DNA of 64,000 bases from Utricularia gibba. Lineage: Eukaryota; Plantae; Magnoliophyta. A program made the position numbers and the translations under genes. Positions 29,960-43,200 of the stretch are shown here, piece after piece. Location: contig CM007989.1 in the NCBI GenBank assembly GCA_002189035.1, positions 1,240,001-1,304,000 of the forward strand, given 5' to 3'. The notes beneath the pieces are model-generated. The model made no database searches. It was not told the DNA's origin and was given only the letters and a program-made list of their open reading frames with translations. Numbering within the stretch: the stretch's first letter is position 1; each line of letters begins with the position of its first letter.

Positions 29960-31523
29960 GGATGACCGGCTCCCACCCACGTGAACGCTGAAATTGGTAT
30001 AAAAAGAAAACAAGTTGTTAAAAATTAGTTCTGAAAATGAGTCCTCCGACCGACAATGCAACGACGGAAGAAACAAGATGAAATTTCCGCTCCACGAGGT
30101 ACAGAATTTAGCGCTGAAGTACTAACGCGTGGGCCGTGGAGCCTACGGAAGGTATCACCAGACGATTCCGTTTTAGTTTTCCAGATTCCGGATGCAGCCA
30201 AACAAGGGATCCGAACCCTCTACCAGATTTGGGCTTCGTACAAGGAAAAACACTCCCGCACTTTAGGCCGGCCCATTTCCACCGCACCGATCCATTACTC
30301 ATGACCTTTCAATATTTATATTAAAAATAATAATATGTTTATCATTTTTAATATAAATAAAAAGAATTAAAGGTTAAATTTCAATCCTAATATGTCGTAA
30401 ATTTTAATATACTTATTAATATTTTTCATTTATACCATTTATTAATAGATATTTTTGAATTGGTTTTAAAAAGTATTTTATTTAATTCATACGAAATATA
30501 AATTAAATCGAAAATTTAATTTAAAATTAATGTCAGTTAACTTTAAATTTCATACACATGTTTATTGAAAGTAAAGAAAATGATTTGTATTATGTTAAAT
30601 TTTGTACACGTGTTTCTCTATTTATTTAATTTAAATTCATTTTACTCTGAATCTCTGATACATGTGGATGGATATCTGGGCTCGGAAACCGTAGATCCGT
30701 TTTATGGGATGAAATGAAATCTCCGTTGTTCGGAGAATGTCTGGAGGCGACACTGCTGTCTCTGTTTTACGGGATCGAGATAAAGATGGTGTCTATCTCA
30801 GGACAGGGCATGTCTATGAAGGCGGATTCAATGGACGAAGGAGACTTGAGGGTCTCCGATAATGGTGTGGCAGCCGAAGCTCTGTTCTTATTCTCAATGG
30901 TGTGGGTGGATTTCTAAAATCATTTTTTTGACAAATAAAGAACCCCTTTGCTGCAGCGTATGCAGATTGTGCCCATATAAGATGGAAATGCTTTGTGTGC
31001 TGCATGAAAAAGGTGGCTGCAGCATAGTTCTTGTCTGTGGTAATACAAAGTGGATGACGCCATGAGTCCTTGAAAGCTTTCCTAAATATGGGTCATGCCT
31101 TCTCTTTGCAGATGCAACTATAACGATCAGTCTCACACATTTCCGTTGCTCACATTTCTCAGGGAAGGAGCCATCTGGTTTTGATGCGCAGCACGGAGGA
31201 TTGCGTATCCCGGGAGCCTCAGGGGGCGGTTTCTGGTAGCATCGTTGGACCAAGAAGGGAACTTGGGGAATCCAGAATCTGAATGAACGAAGACTCGAGA
31301 AGGCGACTGCTGTAACCAGAGATGAAATGGGGAGGAAGTGGGAAACTGAATATCAGTTCTTCAGGGGATCAAAACTTGAGAGAGAGCACAAGCCCTACAC
31401 AGATATTATACATGTACAAGGTGAAGGTGGGTACTTCAGCCTTCTCAAGGTGAGGTCCGTACGCAAAGACGGAGGCACCAGAATCGTAATTTCACACGAA
31501 AAGGGGACAAAAATTATCAAGGA

Positions 31524-32568
31524 TCAGATTTCCACGCAGCAACCAGATTGCACGACACCACTGTATTCGTCGAGGACGTCGAGCTTGGTGAATTTCCTTT
31601 TCTGCCCTTCCTTCTTATCCAACAGATAGAACCCATGTGGGACTCCCTGGTATGCGGCTCCGCTGAGGACTGTGGTGTCTCCGACTTGGACGCCGCACGC
31701 CACCGCCTGAATTGCCGCTTCCTCCTCGGCCCAGCAGACCAGGGAGCTCCCCTGATTGCTGTCTCGGACGCCGATGCACGCCCTCGGACACCGGCTCACG
31801 CGCCAACAATCCTCCACGCGCCGCCACTCACCGGACACGGGATCCAGCGCTTCGGCGCTGGACTTGAACGCCCCCTGGGTGTCTGTGCCGTATCCGCTCA
31901 CGACCCAGAACTCCTTCCCCACCACGACCCCCCCGCACTCGTCGCGCTCTTCGCTCATCTTCCCCAATTCTCGCCACTGTTGCTTCTCCACATCCAACGC
32001 CCACGCGGAATTCAACGCGTTTTTGCTCTCGTCGTGCCCCCGGCAACGATTAACTCCCCTCCCATCGCTCCCACGGCGAAGAACGACCTAATCGACGGCA
32101 AATCCGCCGATCGGCTCCATCGCCCCACCGTGAAATCAAACACGAAAACATCCCTCACCGGCTCCCAGCTCGCCGGATCCATTCCCCCATCACAATCAAC
32201 TTCCCCTCCGAACTCGTAACTTGACAGAACAACGGAAGCCCATCCGGGTACCGCGGCACCGGGTCAACCCGATCCCAGGTACGATTAACCGGATCAAAAA
32301 GCGAAATCCCGTACCTCTGCTGACGCGCCGCCTTCGTTGCCGTCTCCTCCGGCAAAGCCTGGACTAAACACGCCACTTTATGTGTAAACCCCGACTCCTT
32401 CCGGTGGTAATAAAACTCCTTGCTTCGGAAAAGACTCCGCCACCGGCGGCAGACCGTCGCCGCCGCAGAATGGGCAGAGAAGTGCACTCGCGTCAAGCAC
32501 TCCAGAGACAGATCATCAGGTAGTCCTGGAAGCAACTCGGAGCATTCGCGATCAGTTACCATTTCCAT
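31524..32568 (-). CDS. Intronless F-box/Kelch-repeat protein (KFB/KMD, At2g44130-like); two apparent frameshifts
   Basis: LLPGLPDDLSLECL F-box, LPLFCQV, and Kelch motifs (GG-DPASWEP, RSFFA, AGGHDESKNALNSA, ERDEC, SGYGTDTQG, SGVVQSGCCVEI*) spread over three consecutive frames. TATA box at 32664-32659. Confidence 0.88.
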
Positions 32569-34917
32569 CTTCAACGCTCTGCGGTAAAAAAAAGATTAAA
32601 ACTTGAATTTGAAGACCTCAGCAGTAGGATGAGGACGGAGGCGTCACATGGAATCCCATATATAGGCATCGGAGAATCAATCAGAGCCGTACACCTGGCG
32701 ATCAAATCCCTGGATATTTTAAATTCCCGATAAATTAAAAGAAAATCGAAAACCAAAATAATTTCAGAAGCATCTGATTGGATGAGGGCAACAGCGTCGG
32801 CATCCCATTTGCTGCCGCTGTATTCAGCCGTGCCCGGGGGGGCAACACCCCCTCTTCAACCTTGCAATTTTATTCTATTATTTAATAATCATTAAAATAA
32901 TCCCGAAGAGGATGATTGCTTCTAGAAGGTTTTCATTCCTCTTTTTTTAGCACTTAGCTCCTCAATGCTTATCATGATATCTATCCTTGGGGAGTATTCA
33001 AACCAAAAAGAAAACCCTCTACCCCACAAGACAAGATGCTTATTATTAAAAAAATAATAAATTTTTGGGGATAAGAAACACTAACCAGAGAGGTTATTGG
33101 AATGTATTAGAAAATTGACCACTGTATATTTTAGTGAGTGAGAAAATTGAATATCTTAAATAAAAAAATTTGTTATTAGTGTGTGTGAGAAAGAAATTAA
33201 AAATGTACACATTTTTGTAAAATATCCTAAATTACTGTGAGTAGCAGACACGTAGGCGGACGCAGTGACCCCGTGTCGGGGATGGTCCCGGAAAAAGGGC
33301 AATCGATACATACCGGAAATAGATTTGAGGGAAAACAGGGTGTCGCTTACGGCGGCCGCAGAACCGCGGCGGTGCGCGTGGTAAAAGATCAGGAAAAAGG
33401 ATAAGGACGACGGCCCACTGGAGATGAGGTGAGTCACCATGTCCATTCCTTCTAGAAGGAAAAAACGTGCGGGCCCCACTCAATTTCTGAGACGCCTGTA
33501 CAACCGATGACGCCCGCTCCTCATCCGAACTCCGGGAGCCGACCGTTTTGTTTCGTTAAATTATTAAATTGATTCGTAAATTCTGTATACTAAAATAAAA
33601 AAATAAGAATAATTTAAAAAAATAGACTATTTTTTCATAATATAAAAAATGTTTCAAAATTGACTATACTTTCAAAAATTTAGGTCATAACTTAATTTAT
33701 TTAATTTTAATTTCGAGATATTTTTGCTAATTGTCCGAAAAATTATGTACACAAAAAATGTATATTTATGATATGATATTACGAAGGAAATTCATAATAA
33801 TAATAATGATGATAATAATAATAAAGATAATGTGAATTGCGTGGTGGTCCCCACAACATTACAATTGGATTAAAAAAAAAAGAAAAAGAGTGGCATGCCC
33901 CATGTGATTTCGGATGGGGCGTCGCGGTGTGGAGATTGGCGTGTCGGACTCTCCCGACATTTAATTGCACTGATTGTTTGTTCTTGTGGCGGGACCCATG
34001 GTTTTAGGTCCACGGTATACCATCCACGACGCTGGATGGATAAAACCCAATGCTAATATACATTCTCAAGAACGGGAATTAACTCTAATATATAACATTT
34101 TTGGTCGGCATTAGTCAAACCCCCGAAGTGATGGCGCCGGGGACGGTGCTACTATTAATTGCTCTAAAAACACAATTGTAACAAGTTATGTATTAAATAT
34201 ATATTTTTTAATTTTAGTCACATGATATATATTTATTTAAATACAACTAATTCAAATATATTATTAATTTAATTATCCTACCTTTAAGATGGACTTAATC
34301 ATACTTTGTGGAATTCACGGCGGGTTAAGCAGACGAAATTAGGGTCTGGGGGTTCATTTGGGCCGAAAATGAAGATGGGGGCACTTGATGGGCCTGAATC
34401 AAACCCACATAAGGCCCATCATCATACATTTTTTAACAAAAAATTTTACAATTTCAAAAATAATATTTTATTATTAATTTGTAATTGAGCGAGGCCCCCG
34501 CGACATCGAGCTATGATGATGCATGTTTTTTCAGACCGGGTCGGATCGGGTCGGGGCTGTTTTTCCAAGGTGCACGAGGGATGAAGGCAGGCAGGAATTT
34601 AGGTGCAAGAGCAAGGGCATGACTTGGGTGGTGCAAAAGAGGGCAGCTAGTTTCCTCCTAATTCTCTGCTGCTTCTTCTTCCTGGGAAGTATAAGTAGGA
34701 TGAGATAGATGCATGTAATGCCACGCCTGAGTCAAACCAAACTCATATCTTCTTTTTTGATGCTTCTCCACTGAAATCTCATGATCACCAGAGCTTCCTG
34801 TGTGCAGCTAACTTTGCAAGCTAAACGTATATCATCTACTACTACCTTCCACAAGGGTGCACCACATTGGAAGAAAGCTTGCCTTTGGATGTTCTTCTGC
34901 TGTTCCCTTGTGCAACA

Positions 34918-37246
34918 ATGATGCCCTCTTTCTCTCTGAAGCCCCTCAACGTCTCCACATCGGGTTTTCTTTGTGGGATGCAGTGCGGGCGGAGGAGGGC
35001 TTCACAGTTTTTACTGAAGCAAGATGATCATGCTCTGGAGATGTCCTCTGTTTTCACCAGCAGTCTGACTGTTGCGGAGCCTGGGCGACTTGTGGTGCGG
35101 GCTGGGAGTTCTGTTCTCAGTGCAAATGAAAGGGATCTACTGCCATTAGGAGGCGAGAATGCTTTGGTTCTGGAGCAGCAGGAAGAGGGCATTGGCATTG
35201 TCAAATTTCTTACACAGAAAGTGCTTCTCATAACTGGTGCCACTGGATTCTTGGGAAAAGGTTGTCATCCTCTGTGCTTTATCCGCGGTTTCAGCTTTGG
35301 TTCATGACGTTTCTTGTTGTGCCTTTCAGTTCTGATCGAGAAGATACTGCGAACAGCTCCTGATGTCCATAAGATCTTTGTGCTGATCAAGGCTTCTGAC
35401 AAAGAAGCTGCTGCAGAGAGACTCAACAATGAAGTAACTGGTTTTTCTCTGCAATGCCTATCTTCAAGGAACTAAATACCTTCATTTCTGTGCAGATAAT
35501 CCGCAGTGAGCTTTTCAAGAGGCTGGAGCAAATCCACGGCAAAACCTTCCAAGCTTTCATGTCCAGCAAGCTCATCCCTGTTGCCGGGGACCTATGCGAA
35601 CCCGATCTCGGTTTAAATGAAGATGATGCACTTCTCATAGCCAAAGATGCCAATATCATCATGAACTCAGCAGCAACCACCAGCTTTGATGAAAGGTTAG
35701 ACTCAGAATGGTCATCTTGATATTTGAGAATGCCAATGATTCTCACCTTGACACACTTCAGGTACGACACAGCCATCAATATAAACACTCGAGGACCAAT
35801 GCGGATTTTGGATTTCGCCAAAAGATGCAGCAAACTTCTGCTCTTTGTCCAAGTTTCTACAGGCAATAACTCGCAAAAACATGCATAATGTAGACTTCTA
35901 ACAAGGACAGCCATCACACAAAATAACACCATGTTGCTTTCTGCAGCTTATGTGAACGGCCCCAGGCAAGGGAGGATAATGGAACAGCCCTTCAGCAGAG
36001 AAGAGTGGAGAGAAGGCATGCGGTTCGGGTGCCAGAAACAACAACTGATCATTGAAGATGAAGTAAACTTGGTTCTTCAATCAAAAAAAGCTCTTAAAAA
36101 CGAATCAGATCCCCAAATGATGAGAGAGCTTGGGAAACAAAGGTAATGACCATCATCAGCTTTGATTAACCTCCAACCATATTCATGAGGGGTTTTCACA
36201 GGTCTAACAAGTTCGGCTGGCATGATACATACACTTTCACCAAGGCCATGGGGGAAATGATGATAGAAAGTTTAAGAGGCAATGTACCTGTAGTGATTAT
36301 CAGGCCAAGTGTCATTGAGAGCACGTACTGGGAGCCTTTCCCAGGATGGATGGAAGGAAACAGGTGACTCTAGACATGTTGCTTTTTGAGTCTGTATGTG
36401 CAATCTCACACTTATGTAGCATTCACTGTTGGCACCAGGATGATGGATCCGATCATTATGAACTATGGGAAGAGGCATTTGACAGGATTTCTTGTAGACC
36501 CTGATGGAGTAATTGACGTAGTAAGCAGCAACACTCACCTTTGAACATTAAGATCCATACTCAAGAAAATTTTGAAATGCACGAATGAGAGGATTCATTT
36601 ACAGGTTCCAGCTGATATGGTAGTGAATGCAATCTTAGCAGCTACGGCGAAACATGGCAAAGAAGGAAAACCGGAAATGAACATTTACCAGGTTGCTTCG
36701 TCTGTCGTAAATCCATTAGCTTTTGGAGACCTGGCAGCATTGCTCTACGAGCACTTCAAACAATCACCACTCCTCGACTCAACTGGCAATCCAATTCATG
36801 TCACACCATTCAAGCTATTCAGTTCGATGGAAGATTTTGGCACTCACCTTTGGCAGCACACACTAGATCGCTTTCATTTTGGTGCTTCAGGCAAGCTCGA
36901 CAGAAAACTGTCTGAAAAGCTCCAAAAAATCTGCAGAAAGTCAGTGGAACAAGCAAAATATCTAGCAAGTATTTACCAACCATACACTTTCCACAGTGGA
37001 AGGTACTCGAAAGATCACTAGCGCTTGGGCTTGAATTTTTTTTGCACACAGGATATTAATATGTGAGAAAACTGCAGGTTTGATAACAGCAATGCTAGAA
37101 GGTTGATGGAATACATGTGCAACAAAGAACGACAGCAGTTTGGATTTGATGTTTCGAGCATCAACTGGAAAGATTATATTTGCAAGGTTCACATTCCAGG
37201 GCTAAGAAGGCATGTGATGAAAGGAAGAGACCAGGAGTATCTCTGA
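34918..37246 (+). CDS. FAR2: Fatty acyl-CoA reductase 2 (MS2/FAR2-like) with plastid transit peptide, 9 exons
   Basis: [18 protein letters not shown] Rossmann motif, QVSTAYVNG, catalytic [27 protein letters not shown]. The N-terminal extension is typical of FAR2/FAR6. Confidence 0.9.
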
Positions 37247-37513
37247 AATTTGTAGTTACATCAACTTTCTTGTAATTTGGCAAGACAGCAAGAAACAATG
37301 TTTGCCTAATAAATGGCTGATATCAATGGAATTAGCTCATTATATTGTGATCCTCTGTCATAAAAATGCATCAGATTATGCTTTCCAAAAGAGACACAGT
37401 GGCAATAAACTCAATCATCAACAAAGCTCGAAGATTTATTCTGAAAGAATAAGAGATGATCATTACCATATAACAAGTACTGATACTGCAACTTTGCTTT
37501 CAATAAAACGCCA

Positions 37514-39466
37514 TCACAAGCCAATTTGTGCAAATAAAGAAGGAACAAGGTCAACAACAGACCAAGCAAGACCAGCATACTGAAGGAGCCTTATTCCGGT
37601 ATCAACATTGAGAGATGTTTGCTTGGAGAAAAACAAAACTTTCCTAACATGACCTTGCTGCTTTGTCTCATCAGATTTCTTCTCAACTGCCATGCTATTT
37701 AACCACGGTAGATAGCTTGTTGATGTTACAGGGATTCCCAGAGTAATTGCAAGAACAGGAAGAACCCATTTAGCAAGAGCTTTGCTACAGAACTTCACTA
37801 TGAGAATTGTAGGTATTCCAACCATTAATCTACCAGCCAACATCAAAGCTGTAAGCCGAGGAGAGAAAATGCGTGGAACGTTTTCATGATGGAACAGGTG
37901 ATATGTTTGGTGGACTCCAGTTACCTGCGAGATTAAGTCAAGATGCTAAAGCATGCATAAATGCTCATCCCTGCAATAAAAATCTGATAGGAGTGCATTT
38001 TTTTTTTCAATGGAAACTGATAGGAGTACACTTACAATTCCCAAAGCGACACCAATGAATGCTGTGTGATACTCAAAACTCGGTGTTGGGGTTTCAGGCG
38101 TAGGGTACGCAAAGAGCAATAAGAAGCTCAACACCGTCCAGAATGATATAACTGAACAAAAGATCACCCATTATATTGATTTGAGCCAAGGGCGTCAAGA
38201 AAATTGACAAACAAAAACACAAAGTGGCAAGTAGAGAATAAAATAATGTTACCATTTTCACCGGAAACTACAAAGCCATCTATGAATTCAGAGACATTGA
38301 TCCATAATGCCAGGATTCCCAACCCAAAAAGCAGGCCACTGCCAACGTCTATCAAGCTGTGCATCCCAAGGTACATTCTGGCTAAACGTGAGGCAATTAC
38401 CAGCTTGGGAATCATGAAGAAATGGCCATTAAACTGTTCTATAACATTAAAAAGTATACTAGAATTTACCAAATCCAATTAGGCAGATTACCAAGCATGC
38501 CAAGGCTAAACATCCAATTTCTGCCAAAGCATTATTAGCTCCAGTATAGCCTAGGAAGTAGTGCAGTAGGTATCTGGATTATAAAATACTTATAAGTTGA
38601 AAAGACTTCGATAGATAAGAAGATAAGGAAGATACATGCAGGCGAGCAAATAAAAACATAAGGCAAGAATAAGAACAAAATTCCAAGTCATCCATTCTAG
38701 CTAAACAAGAGGTTAATGCTAGAAACGAATATCGGATATAACATTTTCCTACCCTGACAAGCACACGGTGTTCAAAGTGTGCGACGAAGGTAAACCATAT
38801 TCCATTGCATTCTCCACCTCATCTTTGGTTGCAGTTACTCTTCTAACAGGTGGAGAAATTGGCCTAGGTGCTGAGATTACATCCTGTGAAGCATAATCGT
38901 TAATAGAATGAATGAAGAGTTAGAGAAGATGAATTGTGTAGTTTTAAGAAAAATCACAGATGAAGAAAGCACCTTTACAGTGTTCCCCATATAATCGCAG
39001 AAGGCCATCAAAAGGGTCATTTGCCTAGCCAATTTGCAATGCCCCGTCTGAATTTCTACACATCTTAGTACATTAATGGGGAAAGCAAATTCAGCAACGA
39101 ATACGAGTTCATTAACGTACCCAGAAAAGCAAGGGAAGGAAAGCAGTGTAGAAAGGCACGGAAACCACACATGACAGACTAGAAAACAGGGCATCTAGGA
39201 ATCGATTCTGGAATTTCTGCAAAAAGCCATAAATACAGAAGAAAAAACTTTCAGCAAATGAACCAAGAACCCATCTTTCAACATTACCAACACTCAATAA
39301 AAAAGACCTGGATTCTTAGGATAGTAGGCGTGCCAGAAACTACATAACGAGTGACCCATGGCTGTGTACGCGATCTGAGTTTCTGGGTAACATTCAATAT
39401 CGACGAAATCACGATCCACAACGATATCCCACAAAGAATTATCACTTGGTAAGTTGCGCTCCCCAT
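37514..39466 (-). CDS. LPPD: Lipid phosphate phosphatase delta / sphingoid-base phosphate phosphatase
   Basis: KDVISAPRP, EYGLPSSHT, RMYLGMHS PAP2 motifs, and YAGLAWSVVDLVP C-terminus. Eight exons in frame. Confidence 0.93.
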
Positions 39467-40279
39467 TACTCACGTTTCAGTCACTTTCTCGACTCCCAGA
39501 AAATTTCAGCTGCGACATAAAATCCGAAAAAGAAAAACTTCCAAGAACCCAAAAACTACGACCTACAGAGAAGCAATGTGGTGGTGGGATCACCGGAACT
39601 CCCGAAACAAACAATTAAAATGAAATCATCAATCCAGAATCATTGATTCTGCGTCGCTGTCGTTGACCCATCCTGCCATTGCCATAGATGGGGACCAAAA
39701 GGATTCTTCGGGAAAATAAGCATGTCATCAAATAAATAAAATGGCAGCAACGCAACTTTGTCCAGACAGAGCGGAAGCCGTATGTGTTATTCTTTCTCTG
39801 TGATTTTCTTTTTTTCACCATCACGTTTTATTGAAAAATCCCAAAAAGTTAAATAAAGATTGAATAAAATATTTACGCCATTTTTATTTCATTAAATTCA
39901 TTCCAAAACGGTGTGGAAATGTCCTCAATCCTCCTCTGACTTTCCTGTATTATTAAAAAATGTCAAATGATTGCTATGTAATAATAATTAATGTAATGCA
40001 TGTCTTTTAATTAGAAATTATTTTATACCATTTGTTTATTCTTCTTGGCGGAGCTCGAGAAGTCAAAGCATGCAACGGAAAAGGATAAAAAAGCAAAAAG
40101 AAAAACAGAAGGATGATGACTGGGGTAATTTCCTGTAGAAAGGATTATGACGCAGCAAAGTAGAAGATACTCGTTGTATTATCACTCAGCGCACTCAAAT
40201 CATATGAAATCCCAACAATTCAAAGCATTTTGTATCTCTGTGGGAAACTAAAAGAATAAAAAAAAAAAAAAGAGTTGTC

Positions 40280-43200
40280 TCAGAAGATGGAAAACCTGAT
40301 GCCGTTGTTGCCATCAAACACCTTCTGTTGCTTTTGGGCGTCTTCTTCACTGCAGGAATGAAAATCAGCGACGGGTTCTGCTGAAGAGTTTCCTCCCTGT
40401 CCCTCCGCCGTTTGGCTTGCAGGATCAGCGTTAGTTCCGGAGGAGGAGAGGGGGACCGGACCTCCGAAATGGAAAAGGGAAAAGCCATTGCTCTCTACCT
40501 CTGTTCTTTGTTTACCATTTTGGGCGGCATCCGCAACCGGCCGTGGCACTGCAGGATGGCTGTTGTTTGGAGTTGCCTTGTGAGCAAATGGAGTGGCCTC
40601 ACTAACCTGAGATGGCACCGGCTGGAAAACTGGCACACGAGGATGATTGAATACTGCAGGAGTCAGGGGTTGCAAGGGCCTGTAGACCATGAACTGTGGG
40701 TTTCCATTCAAACCATATCCATAAGTGTTGGGAGGAAACATGTAGGGGTTGGAGATGGGAAAAGCTTGGAGCCCATTGCTTGGATAAGATGACCAGGAAC
40801 CTGGAGCTTGGTGGTAATAATCCATTTGCAGAGGATGAAAGACAGGGAGGTCGACTCTATGCTTCTGGACGTGAGGAGCACTGTTGGAGTCTGATTCATA
40901 ACTCTGGTATCCTCTCTACCCTTCAGGAACTGCGTAGTTGATTTATCAAGGGGATCGCATATTAGATTAGAGGGCACTTGTCTCTCTAGGTCCTGAACCA
41001 TTGATGTAGCCTGTTCCTCAAGCCTAATACCAGATACATTGCTTCCATTTTCATTACCACATTCTGAAGCTCTTGTCTCCAAATTTTGACCAGAATCTTC
41101 TGAATCTGATGTTGATTCAGGTTCCATGTTTTGGGGACTTGATAAAGTGCTGCTGTCACCCTCACTAAGGCAGGAGGAGCAGTTATCTGAGTTAGAAGAG
41201 CCCCCAATTGACATATCTGATGACGCTCCATGCACAGTTCCTGTCATAGAACAAGACACAACGCCAACATTTGTGCAGTTGTCTGATCTGGGTCCAGTTA
41301 ACTGTTTCATCTCATCATCTGGATGACTGGTTCGAACTGTGATATCACCGATATCATCAGAGCTGGTAGAACTAGATTCTGAAGCTTCAACATTGGGAGC
41401 AGATCTCAAGGTAACATCTGAATCGGAATGGCTACCAGTATATTTCTTCCTTGATTCCAGTGGTTCCCAAACTTTCTTACCATTGAATGCGTTGCCAGCC
41501 AATACCTTGTTTTTTACTGGTGCAGTATTCTCATGTCTGAACTCCAATGAATGCTTGTTGCCTCGATAATATGGTTTTGACATATCAGACTGGGTATCAT
41601 ATCTGTTGGGACACTTGGGATCATGACCTAGTCTTGCAGTATGATCAGCCCTTGGCCTAAACTCGCGCAGGTTTTTACAGCAGCAAGATTGAGAATCATA
41701 TCTGGTACCAGATCTATTGGTATGCTGGAATTTTTCATTTTTCCCACTGATTCTGGTATAAGGCTTTGGAGCAATACCTCGAGCTTGCTTATTCAACCCA
41801 TTGCTGCTCCTTGCAGGTTCGGCATCATCAATGTGGTAACTGGATTCAAATTTAGTGAAGAAGACCTTAGTCTCTGAGGATCCATCTTTCCTTCTGTATG
41901 TGGATTTTACATACAAATCCTGCGAGGAGCTTCTACTGATGTTTTGCTTTGCACGGAGAGATTCTGGCCAACCTCTCAAGTTCCCATTTTCTTGTTCGAC
42001 ATTATCTTCGGGGGTGTTTTCAGCATTTGCAACATTGTAATCTGCAGCTTCATTGTTCAAGGACGGACTTGAAGGAGTAACTTCACCTGTTTCATGAGAC
42101 AAATCTCCCGTGGCAGCATCAGCAGTATCATCCAGGCATTCTTTTGACTCATCCTTTAAATCGTCAGGTTCCACAGAATTTAAATCAAAAACCGCAGCTT
42201 TCTTTTCCCGGTTGTCCCTCCCTCTTAATCTTTCCTTTCTTCTTAGCTTTTTCTCCCTCTCTTTTGTTCTCCTTTGCTCCTTGCGTTCTTCTTTTTCTCG
42301 TTTTTCTTTTTCTTCTTCCTCAAGTAGCTTCATCTATAGCGCATAAATCAGGTATAAAAATAAATGAATGACCAAACTCACTGAGCTTCAACTTCTGTGT
42401 CACATGTTATACCTGCTTCTCAAAAGTGATGATTTCCTTGCAGGCAATATGTGCACGTTCTTCTAATAACTTCAGAACAAGGCATATTAGAATACTGTGT
42501 GCATTTTGCCGTGCAGTTCCTTCTCTAAAAGCTTTCTCAACCTGTACAACAGATCAGATTCAAATACAAAATTATAACAAGTCAAAATAGTGACTTGGCC
42601 GTCCTTGTTTTCTTTAGAAGTACAAGAATGCGCTAATGGAGCCAAAAGGTAAACATTTTAAGACAAAACTAATATATCGAGCAATACTTGAAAGGGGAGG
42701 GCACAACACATCCATCAAGGTCTTAGATCCAGTTAGATAATGAGATCAAGCTTAATAGACTAACTTCAGAAATACACAAAGGTGCTGTCCGAAAACAATA
42801 TATACATACATATTGTGAGCTGCAGGTAAATGTAAATACCTGTTCTTTGAAAATTATTGTTGCAGCGTCAAGGAGAAACTCCCGGGCTAGTTCAGGACTT
42901 TTTGCATGCTTCTGAGGGCGGAAGCATTCACTATCTAGCTCATTGCCCTCCTTATCCATGAAATCATCATCCTAAGATTTGATGGTACAATAGTTGTTGA
43001 GACATAGAGAAAGAAGACTGTCTCTCTGTTTGTATTTGAAAAGTGTAGTGAAAGATGGAAAATGTGAAAGAGAGACAGAGAGAGAGAGAGAGAGAAATGC
43101 AACTACCTCTTCTTCCTCAGCATCCTCTGCATGTTCAAAGAGCCTAGTAATGCTTTCCCCTCTTGTAATGGATACAATTCCACCGCCAACTGTAAGTCTG

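Noticed and set aside
31548-32219. 223-aa plus-strand ORF and other long antisense ORFs (e.g. 59665-60108, 1825-2280)
   Set aside because: These are shadow frames of GC-rich coding exons on the opposite strand, with no recognisable domains.
32571-32670. 32-codon ORF (MPIYGIPC...) ending just before the F-box ATG, as a possible conserved-peptide uORF
   Set aside because: Its ATG lies upstream of the TATA box (32664-32659), so it is probably outside the transcript.
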